Shown: piece by piece, positions 12,287-25,200 of the stretch
How the letters are laid out: every line of letters starts with the position of its first letter
Numbering within the stretch: position 1 is the stretch's first letter
Assembly (NCBI GenBank): GCA_964016885.1
Contig: OZ024745.1
Location: 29,078,001 to 29,142,000 of the forward strand
Direction: 5' to 3'
Source of the DNA: Eledone cirrhosa
Taxonomy: Eukaryota
Length of the DNA stretch: 64,000 nucleotides
The notes under the pieces: model-generated
Seen by the model: only the letters and a program-made list of their open reading frames with translations
Database searches by the model: none
Told to the model about the DNA's origin: nothing
Made by a program: the position numbers and the translations under genes

Positions 12287-13475
12287 TCCGTTTAAAATTG
12301 TTTCGCTACTCCATATAATATTTCTGGATCAAATAACTATATATCATTATTGATCTGATTCAGTTGAAAATAATTAACATAATTAAAGATAGAGCGGCTC
12401 ATCGGCACTTCAAAGGAATATAAATTAAAATAAGGAAAGAATGCTACATAATGTAATGTTCCATATATTGGTATTTCACTATGGTGTCCTGGGTGTATCA
12501 ATTGTCTGCCATAATCAAGCAGTATTCTTCTGTCGAGGCTGCATGTGGGTAACAAGATGGCCGCCAATGGACATATTTACCTTACTAATTAGAGGGTGGT
12601 TTCAGAGGAAGTAACTCCTCGAGAGATTAGAAATCGTGGGTAATTTATAGTTAAGTGCTAATTTTTTAATTTTTTAATTGAGAGACAATGTAGGGGAGGT
12701 AACTTATTATTATCTAAGTTTTATAGCTATTTAACTTATTAGCTACAAGTAAAAAAGGGGCTAGATGACTATGTTGGGTCAAATATTCTGTTGGCGAAGG
12801 AATTAGCCCTTCGATGTTGACAGCTAATAGTTACCTCCATTCTATCGTTAATCGGTAGAGGTTGTGATAGAGTAATACAGAGATCACAAGATTTTCTTTG
12901 TCCATTGAACGGTTGGGTCCTAGCTAAGATATCCCATGTTAGTGAGTGTTCAATGTTGGTTAATTTAAGGTTTTTAATGAGCCTAACTAGAGATGTCAAA
13001 CATCTGTTGTTAGGGTCTCGGAAGGAAAAAAGAGTGCGCATTATAGCGTACCTTAAAAGGGTTAGAGGTAGACCCGATATAGGAGCTGGTATTCGAAGCA
13101 GTTTTAACCGTGCACCTATAGACTATGTTGGGTGTCAGGCAGTGTCCATTTAGTGGGCATGCATTAGGGTAACGGTAGTTGCAGTTGCTTCTGCGGTTAG
13201 TGAGAGTAGGGTAGTTTAACCTAAGCGGTTGGTCAGTGTTAGAAGGATTAGATGGGGGAGGTGTGCTACTAGAGTAAGTATTGGTGTAGTGGCGTGGTGT
13301 ATTTGATAGGGGTGGTGGTACTGCGGTGTGGGAGTTATACTGTCTTAGTTTATGATGGTTACTGAATGCGATGTGGTTAGCTAGGTTAGGTGTTGTGGAG
13401 AATGAGATTTTAATGTTATTTTTATTAAAGAGTTTGTAATATCTATGGTTGGGGGGGAAATGTTTAGATAGGATA
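12160..13475 (-). mobile_element. Penelope-like element fragment (RT-EN linker + GIY-YIG endonuclease + 3' tail)
   Basis: KHFPPNHRYYKLFNKNNIKISFSTTPNL...CPLNGHCLTPNIVYRCTV...YIGSTSNPFKVRYNAH, then a frameshift to LTWDILARTQPFNGQRKSCDLCI. The left boundary is approximate (adjacent (TA)n). Confidence 0.85.
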
Positions 13476-13542
13476 TACAAACTCTTTAATAAAAATAACA
13501 TTAAAATCTCATTCTCCACAACACCTAACCTAGCTAGCCACA

Positions 13543-15745
13543 TGTAACTGTAGAAATAAATCTAACTGTCCCTTAAATAACAATTGCTTAGTTAAAAATA
13601 TAGTATATAATTGTAATGTAAAAACTAATTTAAATTCATTTAATTATGTAGGATCTACTTCCACAGATTTTAAATCCCGTTTCAATAACCATAAAAACTC
13701 TTTTACACATCCAAACAAAAAATCTTCAACTTCTCTATCTAGGTTATTATGGGACCTCAAATTAAAGAACGTTAAATATTCGTTGCTTTGGAATATTATT
13801 TCAAAAGCTACTCCTTTTAACTCCTCTTCAGAAAATTGTGATTTTTGTATAGAGGAAATATTCTTTATATTAAAGACCAAAAATTCCCTGAACCTAAAGA
13901 ACAATTTATTCAGTTGCTGCAGACATAGATTGAACTCAACGTTTAAATATAAATTTAAAATGTAATATATAATTAATTAATTCTATTAATATATTGAACC
14001 TATCGATAAATCATTAGATTCCTTCATTTGACTGCTTAAACTCTCAAGTTAAAAAAATTTTTTTTCCTAAATATAAATAAAAATAAAAAATTCTTCTAGA
14101 GAAACACACTGAAAGCTCTTAAAAGGGGAAAATATTTTATTTGAAAGTTTCTCCTATTTTTGAAAGTTTCTCTTTCTTTTTCTTATGGCTATAAAATTAA
14201 GTTAAACATACAAAGAAAATTTTTATACTGAATCTATTAAACATATTATTATTTTAAAATTATAGCTTGAAATATTCTATAATATTTTTAAAAATTATAT
14301 TGATTTAAAGTTATATTGCTTATAATTATATTTCCAAATCGTAATATAATTTTTTTATTTTTATTTTATTTTTTTTAAATTTTATTTTATATTATATATA
14401 TTATGTACTTCAATTATACTATGTACTGTATTTATATATCTCTCTCTCTATATGTATGTGTGTATATATATATGTATGTATATATATATATGTGTGTGTG
14501 TATGTATGTATATATATATATGTGTGATGCATATCTACCTGTATATGTAAGTACGTCTATGTGGGGATTGTATGTATATATATATGAATACAATTCGATT
14601 GCACTTGTTTATAAGGATTTTCTTAAGGTTCGTGATAAACAAACTTATATAATAACAGTCACAATTACATAACAGGTGGATTTATTAGATATAAAACTTA
14701 TATTAAAAAAAATTTGTATAATAACATAAGGTGTGTATAACCTAAAATTTCCTTTACTATCTTAACATTTGTAACATTTAATATAAGTAAATTTCCTTCA
14801 TGCTGTTTTGATATTATATAGAAATGATTTTCTCTGTTTTTTCTAAGATTTTCTCCGAAAAATCTATAAGTTTATAAAAAATCTATAAGTTTATGAAAAT
14901 TCCTATATCTTAAATTAAAAAATCCTTTATAGTTTGTATGTATATGTATATATATGTAGGTGTATGTATATATATTTATATGTATATCTGTGTGCGTATG
15001 TATATGTATATATATATGAATATATTCTTTTAATAATATATAGATTTCTTAATAATATATAGATCTCAATTTTTAATGTATAGATCTCAATAATTTAAAT
15101 GATAAACTAAACATTTAATCATATTTAAACAATGGTTAAAATTCTCCTATTATGTATGTATTTTCCATTCACGCTTATTTACACTTCTCTATTCATCCAT
15201 TAAATATTTATTCTTTCACTTCATCTCAAAAGTTAAGCTAATTCAAACAACCTATCACTTAGAGCTTTCGCTTTCTCTTTTCTTTTTTCTTCTCTTTCTC
15301 CTTTTCTTATTTTCCTCTTAGAGTTTGCTCTTTTTTCTCTCTCTCTTTTTTTCTCTCTTTTTTTCTCTCTCTCTCTCTTTCTCCATAACCCAACGGCTTA
15401 TTTAAATCTCTGATTTAAAAATATCCGAAACTAATTTACATAATAGTATAAATAAATTTATAACCCCACTATCCGGGAGCTTCCAACAGAAATGGTCGCA
15501 TTCTTTAAGGGTATGTCAATATTTATTTATAAAACTGCTCTATATTATATTTTATCTGATGAAAGCACACCATAATTTAACTTGGTGTCCTTGAAATATG
15601 TATAATGAAATAAATATGGTTTTATAAATATAGTTTCCATTTGTTAATATATTGTATTTTTACTCCAATAATTTGTTGAGTGCTTTATATCAGTTATAAA
15701 AATATTTGCTTGTTGTATCCCAACAATTTAAATAGAACTTCTACA
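13543..15745 (+). mobile_element. Second, divergent Penelope-like fragment: stop-free GIY-YIG domain (13543-13965) plus long AT-rich 3' region
   Basis: CNCRNKSNCPLNNNCLVKNIVYNCNV...YVGSTSTDFKSRFNNH...WNIISKATPFNSSSENCDFCIEE...CRH. A hammerhead motif lies near the 3' end. The right boundary is approximate. Confidence 0.85.
15548..15612 (+). ncRNA. Minimal type I hammerhead ribozyme in the Penelope-like tail
   Basis: Stem I TATTTTAT/ATGAAATA; CTGATGA core at 15556-15562; stem II AAGCACACC/GGTGTCCTT (1 mismatch); GAA; self-complementary stem III ATATGTAT; predicted AUA cleavage after 15604. Confidence 0.7.
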
Positions 15746-17549
15746 TATATATATATACATGATGGCTGCCCCCTCGTTATTGTGTATGGCCATTGCACGA
15801 TATACCATTATTAATAATTATTAATTAATTCTATCGTGCAATGCCTGTGCGTGAAGATATTTTTTAAAGCGAGGAAAGACTGTGCACTGAGCCAATCCTA
15901 CTCTCCGAGCGACAGTAGCTATAACCCGAATATATATATACATACATATATATATATACACACATACATATATATATTAAATATCTATACTGTGCTATGT
16001 ATTGAGTACCTTACTTACTGTGGTAACCCCCGATTGAACCAGGGATATACTTATATATATATATATATAGGAAAATGTATGACCCCGACGGCAGAGCCCA
16101 AGCCGTTTCGATGGCTATTTCTGTGTGCGTGTTATTGGTGGAATGGACTTCAGTCAGTTTTGATGATGAGTGTTCCATTTGTTCAATCAACAAAACAGCT
16201 TCATCATAAAATTAATGCATAGGTACATGAGCATTCCACAGGCACATGTACCCTTAATGTAGTTTGCAGGGAGATTTAACGTGACACAGTACATGAAAAG
16301 GCTGTCTCTTTCAATTCTAAGTATGGTCCATCTGATGGGCTTCCAAACAGTTTCTCCCTACCCAATTTCACTCACAATTAATGGGTTGACTTGTGGCTAC
16401 AGTAAATGACACTGTCGAAGATGCCATATATACAGTGGGATTGAACGTGGGACCCAATAATTGCTAAGCAAGTTTCTTAACCATACAGCCTTACTGTATC
16501 AACATGCCTTTTCTAGGCATGATACATAGAACAAGTGGACCAGTATTCAAGCAGAACTCAATGTATGTTGTGTAACTGATTGGAGGCATGAACATAGCAG
16601 CTGTGTTTAAATATTGTATCTCTTTTATTAATGCCATTCCATATGATCATTTCAATGTTACACAATATACAACTAGTGTTAACATTGGCACACTTGATAG
16701 AGATCACTACTAGATGGGCCAATGCTGATGTTTGTTCCACCAAAGATATGTTCTGACAACTAAGCTAGTCATATATTATGCAGCATTTAAACAATCATAT
16801 GGAATGATACTAATAAAGAGATTAAAAGAATCTATCAGGAGTTGCAACCAGTAGATAGTATCAGTAATGGAAATACCAATCGAAACATTGTTTCCTTGAT
16901 CCCATTTGACGAGTTCCACACCACTCAGTAAGCAAATGAGGTTTGAGATCTTGTCAGTTGATTTGATCGATCGATCAATATAACAGATGACAGTTACATA
17001 TACAGGTTAAACTTATGCATAACTCATCTTTTATAATATATTTTTTCTTTAAATTTTACTATATTTGATAGTGTTATATCAATGTATAATGAATACCAAT
17101 ATATTATACACACACACACACATATATATATAGTTCAAGATAAAAAAGGCAAACACAGGGATACAATTACACAAAATCTTATTAGTTTCGCGCATGTTGG
17201 AAAATGAATGTTTCAATGTACCGGACGTTAGTCCTTCATCAGGAAAGAGCAAAGTTAAGAAAAGAAAGAGGCTGGAAGGTTAAGGAGCCTCCTAAAATAT
17301 GGTCCAATTCATGCCAACATTGGAAGCAGACATAAAAACTGATAATGTATGTATACATATCTGTATGTATTTATGTAATCAAAAGCAAATATGGACCCCC
17401 CCCCCCCCCCCGTTGATCCAGCAGAAAATCCAGGATGAGACAGCTGAAAGGAGAAAGGGTTGTACCGACACTGAGCTGGTACATTGAGATCCATCCTTTT
17501 GGGGATAATGAAGTACCAGCCCAGTGTGGGTGCACTGCTCTTTCCAGCT

Positions 17550-17665
17550 GTCACATCCTAAATGCTCCATTGGATCAAGGCACTTCTCCTTCCAGTTGTC
17601 ACATCCTCAATGCTCCATTGGATCAAGGCACTTCTCCTTCTAGTCGTCACATCCTAAATGCTCCA
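17550..17665. repeat. 48-bp tandem repeat, ~2.4 copies
   Basis: Unit GTCACATCCTAAATGCTCCATTGGATCAAGGCACTTCTCCTTCCAGTT. Confidence 0.85.
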
Positions 17666-18509
17666 CGTGATTGAGGGAAGAAGGATCAAGAAATGTCTGT
17701 ATCTGTTGAACTCTACTTTGTCTTTCATATTTTCGGGATTAACAAAGAAAGTTTTAGCCCAGCTTTTCGGGGTTAACAAAGAAAGTTTTAGCCCAGCTCA
17801 CTCTCTCCTCACAGTTGTGACGACCTAGCTCAAGGTCTGCTGGCTCAAGTAAAAGAGGTTCAGGTCTACTTTGCCTTTCATCCTTTCAGAGTTGCTAATG
17901 TACCAGCCTAGTGTTGGTGCAGCCGTCATATCCTTGCTGTCATATCCTTGATGTTCTGCTGGATGAAGGGAAAGAGGGTCAGGAGGGTGTTTGTGTCTCT
18001 TAAGGTCTACTTTGTCTTTTATCCTTTCAGGGTTGATAAAGTACCAGCCCAGTGCTGGGGCTGCTTTCTCCCTCTTCTCCCACTTGCCATATCCTATATG
18101 TTCCCCTGGATCAACAGAGGGAAGGTTATGAAGCTGTCTGAGTCTGTGACACAATAGGCACCTAAAGCACTGTACATATTACCATGTCATACTCAGTTGC
18201 TACTGATGCAATTGTTATGTATGCATGTTTATGTATTTTTATATACCTGAAAATGTATGTAGGGTGTTGGTTTCAAAGCTGTGTGTTTAATTCCTGAACC
18301 TGGCAGATCATTGGGTTCTTGAGCAAGACACTTCATTCCATGTTTCTTTTCATGATAGCTCTAGGGCCCCTGTCATTAAGTCATCTTAATAACCTATGAG
18401 ATAAAGATACAACTCCATAGGGGGGCAGCTAAACTTGCATATGTGTGAATATAAATAAAAAAAGAAAGAAAAAAATTTAGCTATATATATCTATGTATGT
18501 ATATATATC

Positions 18510-18549
<40 letters not shown>

Positions 18550-18736
18550 GATATATATACATACATAGATATATATAGCTAAATTTTTTTTCTTTCTTTT
18601 TTTATTTATATTCACACATATGCGGTGATGATTGATATATATATACGCATACACACACACATGTATGTGTGAATATAAATAAAAAAAGAAAGAAAAAAAA
18701 TTTAGCTATATATATATCTATGTATGTATATATATC

Positions 18737-18790
<54 letters not shown>

Positions 18791-19099
18791 AATGTGTATA
18801 TATGTGTGTGTGTCTGTGTATATATATGTATGCATATATCTGTGTGTGTATATGTATCTATATCATCATCACCATCAAATGTGTATATATGTATATAAAA
18901 AGGCTGTGAATTGACAGTCATTAAGATTTACTACCACAGTATTTGTTCTGGTTCACTGTGCTCTGAGTTCAAATCCTGCTGATGTCAACTTTACTTTTCA
19001 TCGTTTTGAGGTTGATAAAGTACCAGTTATTGAGACAACACTTCCTCTACACCTTTTTATCATTTTTTGTCACTTCCCTTCTTCTCTATAACATTTCAG

Positions 19100-19187
19100 C
19101 TATATTCAGATCTGGTGAGGGATGTGCTCTGCCATGTTTAAAATGCTCAGGACTTGCCATGTGTCAAGACTGTGCCCCTATAACTCT
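19100..19187 (+). other. Candidate exon: 88 nt (donor gtaagg at 19188) or a 15-nt microexon 19100-19114 (donor gtgagg)
   Basis: Very strong polypyrimidine tract ending in catttcag. Two consensus donors. Confidence 0.3.
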
Positions 19188-19306
19188 GTAAGGAGTTATG
19201 GGGCCCTTCTTTTCCTTTCCATATATGTCTGTATATCTGTATGCATGTATGTGTGGGTGTATGTCAAATTGCATTCTTCATCTCTTTATAAACTGTCTAT
19301 TTCTAG

Positions 19307-19369
19307 GAGTTCTTGCATGTCCGCCGAAACACTGCTGTGATGTTCCCTGCAAAATGTTCACACGGACTA
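19307..19369 (+). CDS. Candidate FNIP cassette exon, 63 nt, phase 0->0 (EFLHVRRNTAVMFPAKCSHGL)
   Basis: Pyrimidine tract ending in tttctag, donor gtaagt. In frame between the exon ending at 8814 and the exon starting at 27801. No homology recognised. Confidence 0.4.
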
Positions 19370-20498
19370 GTAAGTGTCTCCACTGGAGGTACATGACTCC
19401 CATCCAGGGGTTCCTGTCTCACCAGTGGGCCATATATATATTTATAAATATATTTATATATTATACTTATATATATCAAATATTTTTTACTAAGCATTGA
19501 GAAAATTTGAATTTTGAAAATATTGTTAGCTTATTGTAAGCACTCTGATACTCTGCAGATTTATCCATAAAATAGCTGAACATGTCTAGCTTTTAAATCC
19601 TGAGAGACAGAAACCAGTGGACAGATGTCCAACTTGTTTGGCTGTTTTATAGTTAAACCTACATTGTAGCAGCTTAGAATAAGCTAAAATACTTGGAAGA
19701 TTCATATATATGTTTCTCACTGACATTAGGGCTCCCGTCTCTCGAGAGGACCCTGTATGTGTGTGTGTATAAGTATGCATGTATAAATGTGTGTGGGTAT
19801 ATGTATACATGTGTGTGTGTGTGCGTATATATATATATATATATATATATCAATCATCACCGTTTTTAACGTTCATTTTTCCTCACTAGCATGGGTTATA
19901 TATATATATATATAAGAAAATGAGGTTGTTTTTATTTAAATGAAAAAAAAACGAGATGTCTTACACGAGTGAAAGTATAAGGAAAAAAGATGAAATCGAA
20001 AATGCAACTGGAGTCTTTTTAAGAATATTTATTTGTTGCCTTTACCGGTTTCACAGTTCTTATGCTTTTCAAAAGTAGAATTGAGATGGAGGGTTTGTGG
20101 TTTTTTTCGCATATATATCATCATCATCATAGTTTAACATCCATCTTCCACTCTAGCATATATATATATATATACACACAAGGGTAAAACAATGTATAAC
20201 TCTATTTGTATGTAGTTATATATGAGAGTATATAATTGCCATATATTTTCAGTGTGATATAATCATTAGACATTTAGTTATGATCTTATAAGTAACTTGG
20301 GTGAGTAGAAAATAAAGAAAAACATCTTCGGAAGAAATTTAAATGAAAATAAATATTACAAATATACATTATACATTAATATCAAATATCAAATATACTA
20401 CATGGCAGACAGTGGAGTCAGTTAGTGACTACATCAAGAATATTATGGAGAGTTGATGTATGTAAGTTTGTGTATATATATATGTATACATGTGTGTG

Positions 20499-20545
<47 letters not shown>

Positions 20546-20879
20546 ATATATCACTGATATTGGAACTTTTGTGCTATCTATTAACTCATTGATGCTTTAT
20601 ATTGTTATTGTTGTTGGTGTTGTTGTTGTGGATTACTTTGTGTTGTTGTTGGTGTGGGGTTTCATATTGTTGTTGCTTAATGGTGGTTTTGTTTAGACTT
20701 ACATATGTATATGTTTAAATAGCCAAACAGATATTTAAATGTGTGTGTGATTATTTACAGTAGTTTAAATATTTGTAAATATTTTATTGTTTATATATTT
20801 GTATATATATAAATATATATATGTATGTATCATCATCATCATCGTTTAACGTCCATGTTCCACGCTTGCATGGGTTTGG

Positions 20880-21220
<341 letters not shown>

Positions 21221-21221
21221 A

Positions 21222-24200
21222 AGATAAACCCCTTCAAGTAAATTACTTTCGCCAAATTCATCGCTGCTCCTTCCACGGTATATCATGTAACGTAATGTAC
21301 ATATTTTTCTATCATCTCCACACTTCTATTTCGTATCCAGTCCAAACCTCCAATCTTGCCAAATCCTAAATGTAGCGGCCGTATTCCTAAAACAAATCTG
21401 TATTTTTTGTTATTACTTGTTAAATACGAGAGTTTTTGTCGTATTGAACAGAACAAATCTTGTATTTTTGTTAATCGCTTGTTAAATACGAGGACCTCAT
21501 TCAATCATTACCTTCTAGCTAGCTACCCAACACCCCTCCCTCTCGCCCCCACGCACCACCATTGTTATTACGTGGACCAATCATAAGCCAGAGCCCCCAC
21601 GCATCACCATTATTATTACGCGGACCAATCATAAGCCAGAGGCCTATACTATCGCTTGCCTGGTTGCCTTTCGATATATGATGGATGGATGGACTACGGA
21701 ATCCCGGAGAGTGGAAGAGAGAGAAAAATCTGGACGCTTAGCGACAATGCCAAAGATAATGACAAATTCACCTCGTGGACGAGAATGCGAGCACTCCTCT
21801 TTGTTTCGACCGCGGACGGCTAACATAACCCCCTCCAAACGCAATCCAAAACTTCAGAGTTGGTACCATAAATGTAGGCACCTTAAAGGGTCACGCTAAC
21901 GAGGTTGTAGAAATGCTTGAACGTAAGGAGGTCGATGTTTGTTGTATTCAAGAGACCAGGTGGAGGGGTGGGTCTGCTAGATTCATTGAGGGTAAAAAAC
22001 GATGTTATAAGCTTTTCTGGGTGGGAAACGACGATGGGCTGGGTGGAGTAGGAATCATGGTAGCAGAAAAGTGGGCAGATAAGATAATAGACGTAAATAG
22101 AGTGAACGACAGAATAATTAAAATAAGACTTGTCCTCAATAGAACTACGGTGACAGTAATATCTGCGTACGCACCCCAATCCGAACTGCCCGGCACTATA
22201 AAAGACAGATTCTATGAGACACTGATGCTCACTACCTCCAAAATAACCGACAGTGGCTATATAATTATTGCAGGCGACCTAAATGGTCACGTTGGACAAC
22301 ATTGTGACGGCTACGACGAAATCCATGGAGGCTATGGGTTTGGTACTAGAAATGAGGAAGGCTCCAGAATCCTGGAATTCTGTGACGCAAATAACCTAAC
22401 TATCTGTAACACTAACTTCAAAAAAGGTGACAATCACCTGATTACCTATAGATCCGGGGAACACACAAGCCAGGTAGATTATATCCTTACCAGAAGACGT
22501 GACAGAGTGTCTGTTGTAAACACTAAATCCCTCCCCCATGAAGAATGCACCTCCCAACATAGACTGATAATTAGCGACCTCATAGTCAGGACGAGACGTA
22601 CTCGACAGCAGAAGAGGACTATCCTCAGGAGAAAAATATGGAAGCTAAAGGACCCCACAGCCAGAAATAAATTTCAAAGCATATTACTTGATGCTTTCGA
22701 CAGTAAGGAAGAGCATTTAGAGTCGGACAATATAGAGGGACAGTGGGAATTTCTGAAAGCAAACCTGCTGATGGCGACAGACGAAGTCTGTGGCTGGAGC
22801 AGGCCTGTTGGCAGGAGGAGAGTAACATGGTGGTGGAACAGTAAGGTGGAGGGGTCAATTAAGGCCAAAAAGCAGGCTTGGAAAGTATGGCGGGATGGGG
22901 GAAGTAGAGAAGACTATCAAGTGGCCAGGAGGGAAGCTAGGAGACAAGTGTACTTCACAAGAAGGAAGCAGAGGAAAGAAAGTTCAAGCATGTTCTACAA
23001 CGCGAGGACCAAAAACGTGAGGTGTTCAGGATTGCTAGGCAATGTGTCAAGGAAAACCGTGATATTGTCAGGGAGAAGTGTGTACTTAATGATGACGGCG
23101 TACTTGCCATCACCGACGCTGATAAGAAGGTAGCTTGGAAGTGTCACTATGAAAGGCTACTAAATGAGGAGAATAAATGGGAGAAAGACAGTCTCCCCCA
23201 CATCGACCCAATAGAGGGACCAGCAGTGTTAGTCGAGGGTAATATAATAAGTAAGGCAATCAAGGATATGAAGACGGGTGAGGCAGCTGGGCCTTCGGAA
23301 ATAGTTGCTGAGATGCTGTTAATAGTTAACCAAGTCGTACAAAATGGAGTTGTTCCGAAGGACTGGCATAGCAGCATCATCGTTAACTGTTATAAGGGTA
23401 AAGGAGATTCCCTAGATAGGAGTAACTATAGAGGCATTAAATTAATCGACCAGGTCATGAAGGTCACAGAAAAAGTAATAGCGCAACTAATCAGAGAGAG
23501 AATTGACCTAGATGAAATGCAGTTCGGGTTTGTGTCAGGCAAAAGTACCACAGACGCTCTTTTCATTGTACGTCAACTACAGGAGAAGTACCTAGCTAAA
23601 GGTAAACCGCTCTACTTAGCTTTTGTCGACTTGTAGAAAGCCTTCGACAGAGTTCCCCGTTCCATTATCTGGTGGGCCCTTAGAAAACTAGGTGTCGACG
23701 AATGGCTTGTGAGAGCTATACAAGCCATGTATAAAGAAACAGTCAGCAAGGTTAGAATTAACAACGAATATAGTGAAGAGTTTAGCGTAAAAGTTGGCGT
23801 CCATCAGGGCTCTGTTCTCAGCCCCCTACTATTTATTATTGCCCTTCAGGCTATAACAGAGGAGTTCAAGACCGGCTGCCCATGGGAACTCCTATACGCA
23901 GACGACCTGACACTCATAGCTGAATCAATGGCCGAGCTAGAGAAGAAATTCCAAACATGGAAGCACGGCCTAGAATCAAAAGGCCTTAAAATTAAACTGG
24001 CTAAGACTAAAGTTCTAGTTTGTAGGAAAGAAAATAAGGCGGCGGTCCCTTCCGGGAAATGGCCATGCTCAGTGTGTAGGAAAGGCGTAGGTAGAAACTC
24101 CATTTTATGTCCCAAATGCAAAGTATGGGTGCATAAAAGATGTAGTGGGATCACAGGTAAGCTAACTAAGAACATAGATTTTACATGTGGGCGGTGCTCT

Positions 24201-25200
24201 GGTGCAATAAGTAGCAGCAAGTGCCCACAAAATACTAGCTCTTACAACTGCGCAGAGGGCTCTATAGAAATAGTGGACAGCTTCCGTTACCTGGGTAACA
24301 AAATCAACAGTGGGGGAGGGTGCTCTGAAAGTACAGTAGCTAGAGTCAGAACTGGATGGAAAAAGTTCAGAGAGCTTATACCACTATTAGCCGCTAAAGG
24401 GTTCTCCCTAAAAATGAAAGGCAGGTTGTATGATACCTGCATACGAACAGCAATGTTGCATGGCAGTGAGACCTGGGCATTGTGTGAAGAGGATATACGC
24501 ACACTAGAGAGGAACGAAGCTTGCATGCTCCGCTGGATGTGTAATAGTAATATACGTGAACGGCAAAGCATAAACGAACTAAGGAAAAAATTAGAAATAA
24601 GAGGGATCAGATGTTGTTTACTCGAGAGAAGGCTACGTTGGGATGGACACGTGATGCGCATGAAAGTCGATAGCTGTATAACAAAGTGCAGGGCAATAAA
24701 GATAGACGGTAGCCACGGAATAGGCAGACCTAGAAAAACCTGGGACGAGCTGATAAACTCCGACCTCACACACTTACACACCTCTCCAAGACAATGTCAC
24801 TGGACCGAGACCTTTGGCGGTACTCAGTAATAGAGAAGACCCGCCTTACCTAAATACATAGTAAAACCTACTACAGCCAGTAGGCATCTCTAACAAAATA
24901 CACCCCCGTCCCACCACCCCCACCCCATCCACACCACCCCCTCCTATGTAAAGTTATGTTGGTGCCACACCATCCAGGCCGAAACAAATGTGATGGTGTA
25001 GGTGTCACAACAAAAAAACACACAGTCCACGCTGTAATGTGGCCGTGTAGGCAACACGGTAAAAACCTCCCAGACCCACACTGTAAATGTGGTTGGTGTT
25101 AGGAAGGGCATCCAACTGTAGAAAACCTGCTAGACAGTCCTATGCGAGCAAGACAATCACTCTTGCCTCAAGTGGGAATACCCCCGTCCAAACCCATGCA
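21222..25200 (+). mobile_element. Near full-length RTE-clade LINE (APE endonuclease + RT + PHD-like finger), inactivated
   Basis: APE motifs (VCCIQETRW, AYAP, AGDLNGH, SQVDYI, SQHR) and RT motifs (QFGF, AFVDL, GVHQGSVLSPLLF, YADD). Lesions: frameshift near 22965, TAG at 23634-23636, and an in-frame deletion near 23318. The 5' boundary is approximate; the 3' tail is clipped after AAACCCATGCA. Confidence 0.93.

Noticed and set aside
12160-12770. Hammerhead expected in the tail of the minus-strand Penelope fragment
   Set aside because: GAAA-like and hairpin segments are present (~12300, ~12600), but I could not find a CUGANGA core in register.
17205-17248. Minus-strand CTGATGA-AGGAC-TAAC-GTCC hammerhead-like motif
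   Set aside because: Stem II is followed by GGTAC instead of GAAAC, and no clear stem III or cleavage triplet follows. At best a dead relic.
22005-24781. Minus-strand ORFs over the RTE copies (also 36785-38389) and + ORF 43412..43807 over maT
   Set aside because: They are antisense shadows of transposon coding sequence.
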